A stretch of 64,000 bases of DNA from Carcharhinus longimanus (taxonomy: Eukaryota). The DNA is taken from positions 84,627,343-84,691,342 of the forward strand of contig JASCQW010000061.1 of assembly GCA_030264375.1 (NCBI GenBank), in the 5' to 3' direction. The notes below the pieces were generated by a model. The model was given only the letters and a program-made list of their open reading frames with translations, did no database searches and was not told the origin of the DNA. Position numbers and translations under genes: made by a program. Shown here piece after piece: positions 62,560-64,000 of the stretch (position 1 is its first letter; the number at the start of each line of letters is the position of its first letter).

Positions 62560-63185
62560 TTGTAGTAGAGCCAGTGGAGGAGGGGGGAAACTCCATGGTG
62601 ATTTCCTTGTTCATCTGAGTATAAGTGGACCCGGAAGTTGCTGTTCAATTTTACTCCATAATAACACTGAGTGATGATAGCCTTACTATTGATAGGGTGA
62701 TATAGAGAAAATGCTTTTAGAACTAGTACAGGAAAAGGGTAGTTTTAATAATAGAGTATAAGGAAGCGTAGTTTGGAAAAAAACTATAGAAAATGCTGGA
62801 GATAATAGTTTTAAAAAAAATGAGGCTGTGGTTTCTTAGAGAAAAGTTTCTCTCCTGTCCCTGGTTTCGGAGATAACAAAGGCAAAACAGTCAATTGTGC
62901 TTTGTTCTCAAGAAGGGTGTTACCTAATCACAGGCCTTCATGCAGACGTTCCTGGACCTGATATGATAGAACCTTATGTTCACTAAATGGATGAGATGTT
63001 CTTACAGAAGATGAATTTCAATTAACTATTCTAAGTTTCTTTCGGATTAAAGGTAATGAGGAGAAATATTTTACAGGTCAAGAAGCTAAAAACTTCTTAA
63101 AAATTAAAAGCGAATTAAATAAAAGAGGGATGGAAGGCCAAGTGATATGTTGTATCCGCATGCAGTGGGAGCTGATGGACTCCAT
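62560..63185 (+). mobile_element. Possible CR1 5' UTR plus ORF1 start
   Basis: ATG at 63130 gives MEGQVICCIRMQWELMD, resembling the CR1 ORF1 N-terminal VxCxxCxMWE motif; CCGGAAGT at 62631. Confidence 0.4.
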
Positions 63186-63835
63186 TTTGATTTAATTTGA
63201 TTTATTATTGTCACATGTATTAGTATACATTGAAAAGTATTGCTTCTTGCATGCTATACAGACGAAACATACCGCTCATAAAGAAGGAAATGAGAGAATG
63301 CAGAATGTAGTGTTACAGTCATAGCTAGTGTGTAGAGAAAGATCAACTTAATGCAAGGTAACTCCATTCAAAAGTCTGACAGCAACGGGGAAGAAGCTTT
63401 TCTTGAGGCGGATGCACCATGACTTCAGACTTGTGTCTTTCCTGAAGGAAGAAGGTGAAAGAGAGAATGTCCGGAGTGTGTGAGGTCCTTAATTAGCTGG
63501 CATCTTTGCCGAGGCAATGGGAAGTGTAGACAGAGTCAGTGGATTGGAGGCTGGTTTGCGTGATGGATTGGGTTACGTTAACGACCTTTTGTAGTTCCTT
63601 GCAGTCTTGGACAGAGCAGGAGCCATTTCAAGCTGTGATACAACTGGAAAGAATGCTTTCTATAGTACATCTGTAAAGGTTGATGAGAGTTGTAGCTGAC
63701 ATGCCAAATTTCCTTAGTCTTCTGAGAAAGTAGAGGCGTTGGTGTGCTTTCTTAAGTATAGTGTCAGCATGGGGGGTACCGGGACAGGCTGTTGGTGATC
63801 TGGACATCTAAATACTTGAAGCTCTCAACCCTTTC
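63186..63835 (-). mobile_element. Rex1/Babar LINE 3' fragment
   Basis: Minus translation KKAHQRLYFLRRLRKFGM..TFYRCTIESILS; (TCAAA)n 3' tail. Confidence 0.85.
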
Positions 63836-64000
63836 TATGGTTCCTAGTGGTTCTGAGTGAACACATCTGTAGTAAGTGATTTTTGGATGCTCTTAGCACC
63901 ATTCTCAGTCTTTATCATTACAATTTACATTCCCTTTATCTTTTTGTCTGTGCTATTCCTCCATACAGCTCACCCCTCTGCCCCAACCTGCCCCATCCTC

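Noticed and set aside
1-64000. CRISPR array, operon or other prokaryotic system
   Set aside because: No regularly spaced repeats or dense coding sequence; the repeat content is entirely that of a cartilaginous fish.

Overview
Non-coding vertebrate genomic DNA, almost certainly from a shark or ray: it carries several HE1-type V-SINEs, SacSINE1-like DeuSINEs and CR1 LINEs. No protein-coding gene can be recognised. The only ORFs with recognisable homology are decayed retroelement fragments (CR1 RT, Rex1/Babar, RTE zinc finger). A large part of the window is interspersed repeat: three SINE families, CR1/L2/Rex1/RTE LINE fragments, Penelope-type ends with degenerate minimal hammerhead-ribozyme motifs, solo LTRs and PIF/Harbinger-type MITEs. 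Between these lie repeat-poor stretches rich in developmental TF motifs, as expected of a gene desert or large intron. Highlights: (1) a co-oriented ~830-bp block [SINE + hammerhead remnant + tRNA-Leu(CAG) copy + HE1 SINE] inside a Rex1 LINE, which may have moved as one unit; (2) Penelope-associated hammerhead motifs; (3) V-SINEs with two different LINE-derived tails; (4) a solo LTR upstream of an in-frame two-exon ORF; (5) a dense Meis + TCF/LEF motif cluster. Family names come from recalled consensus sequences, not from searches. Most repeat boundaries are approximate to about 10-30 bp.
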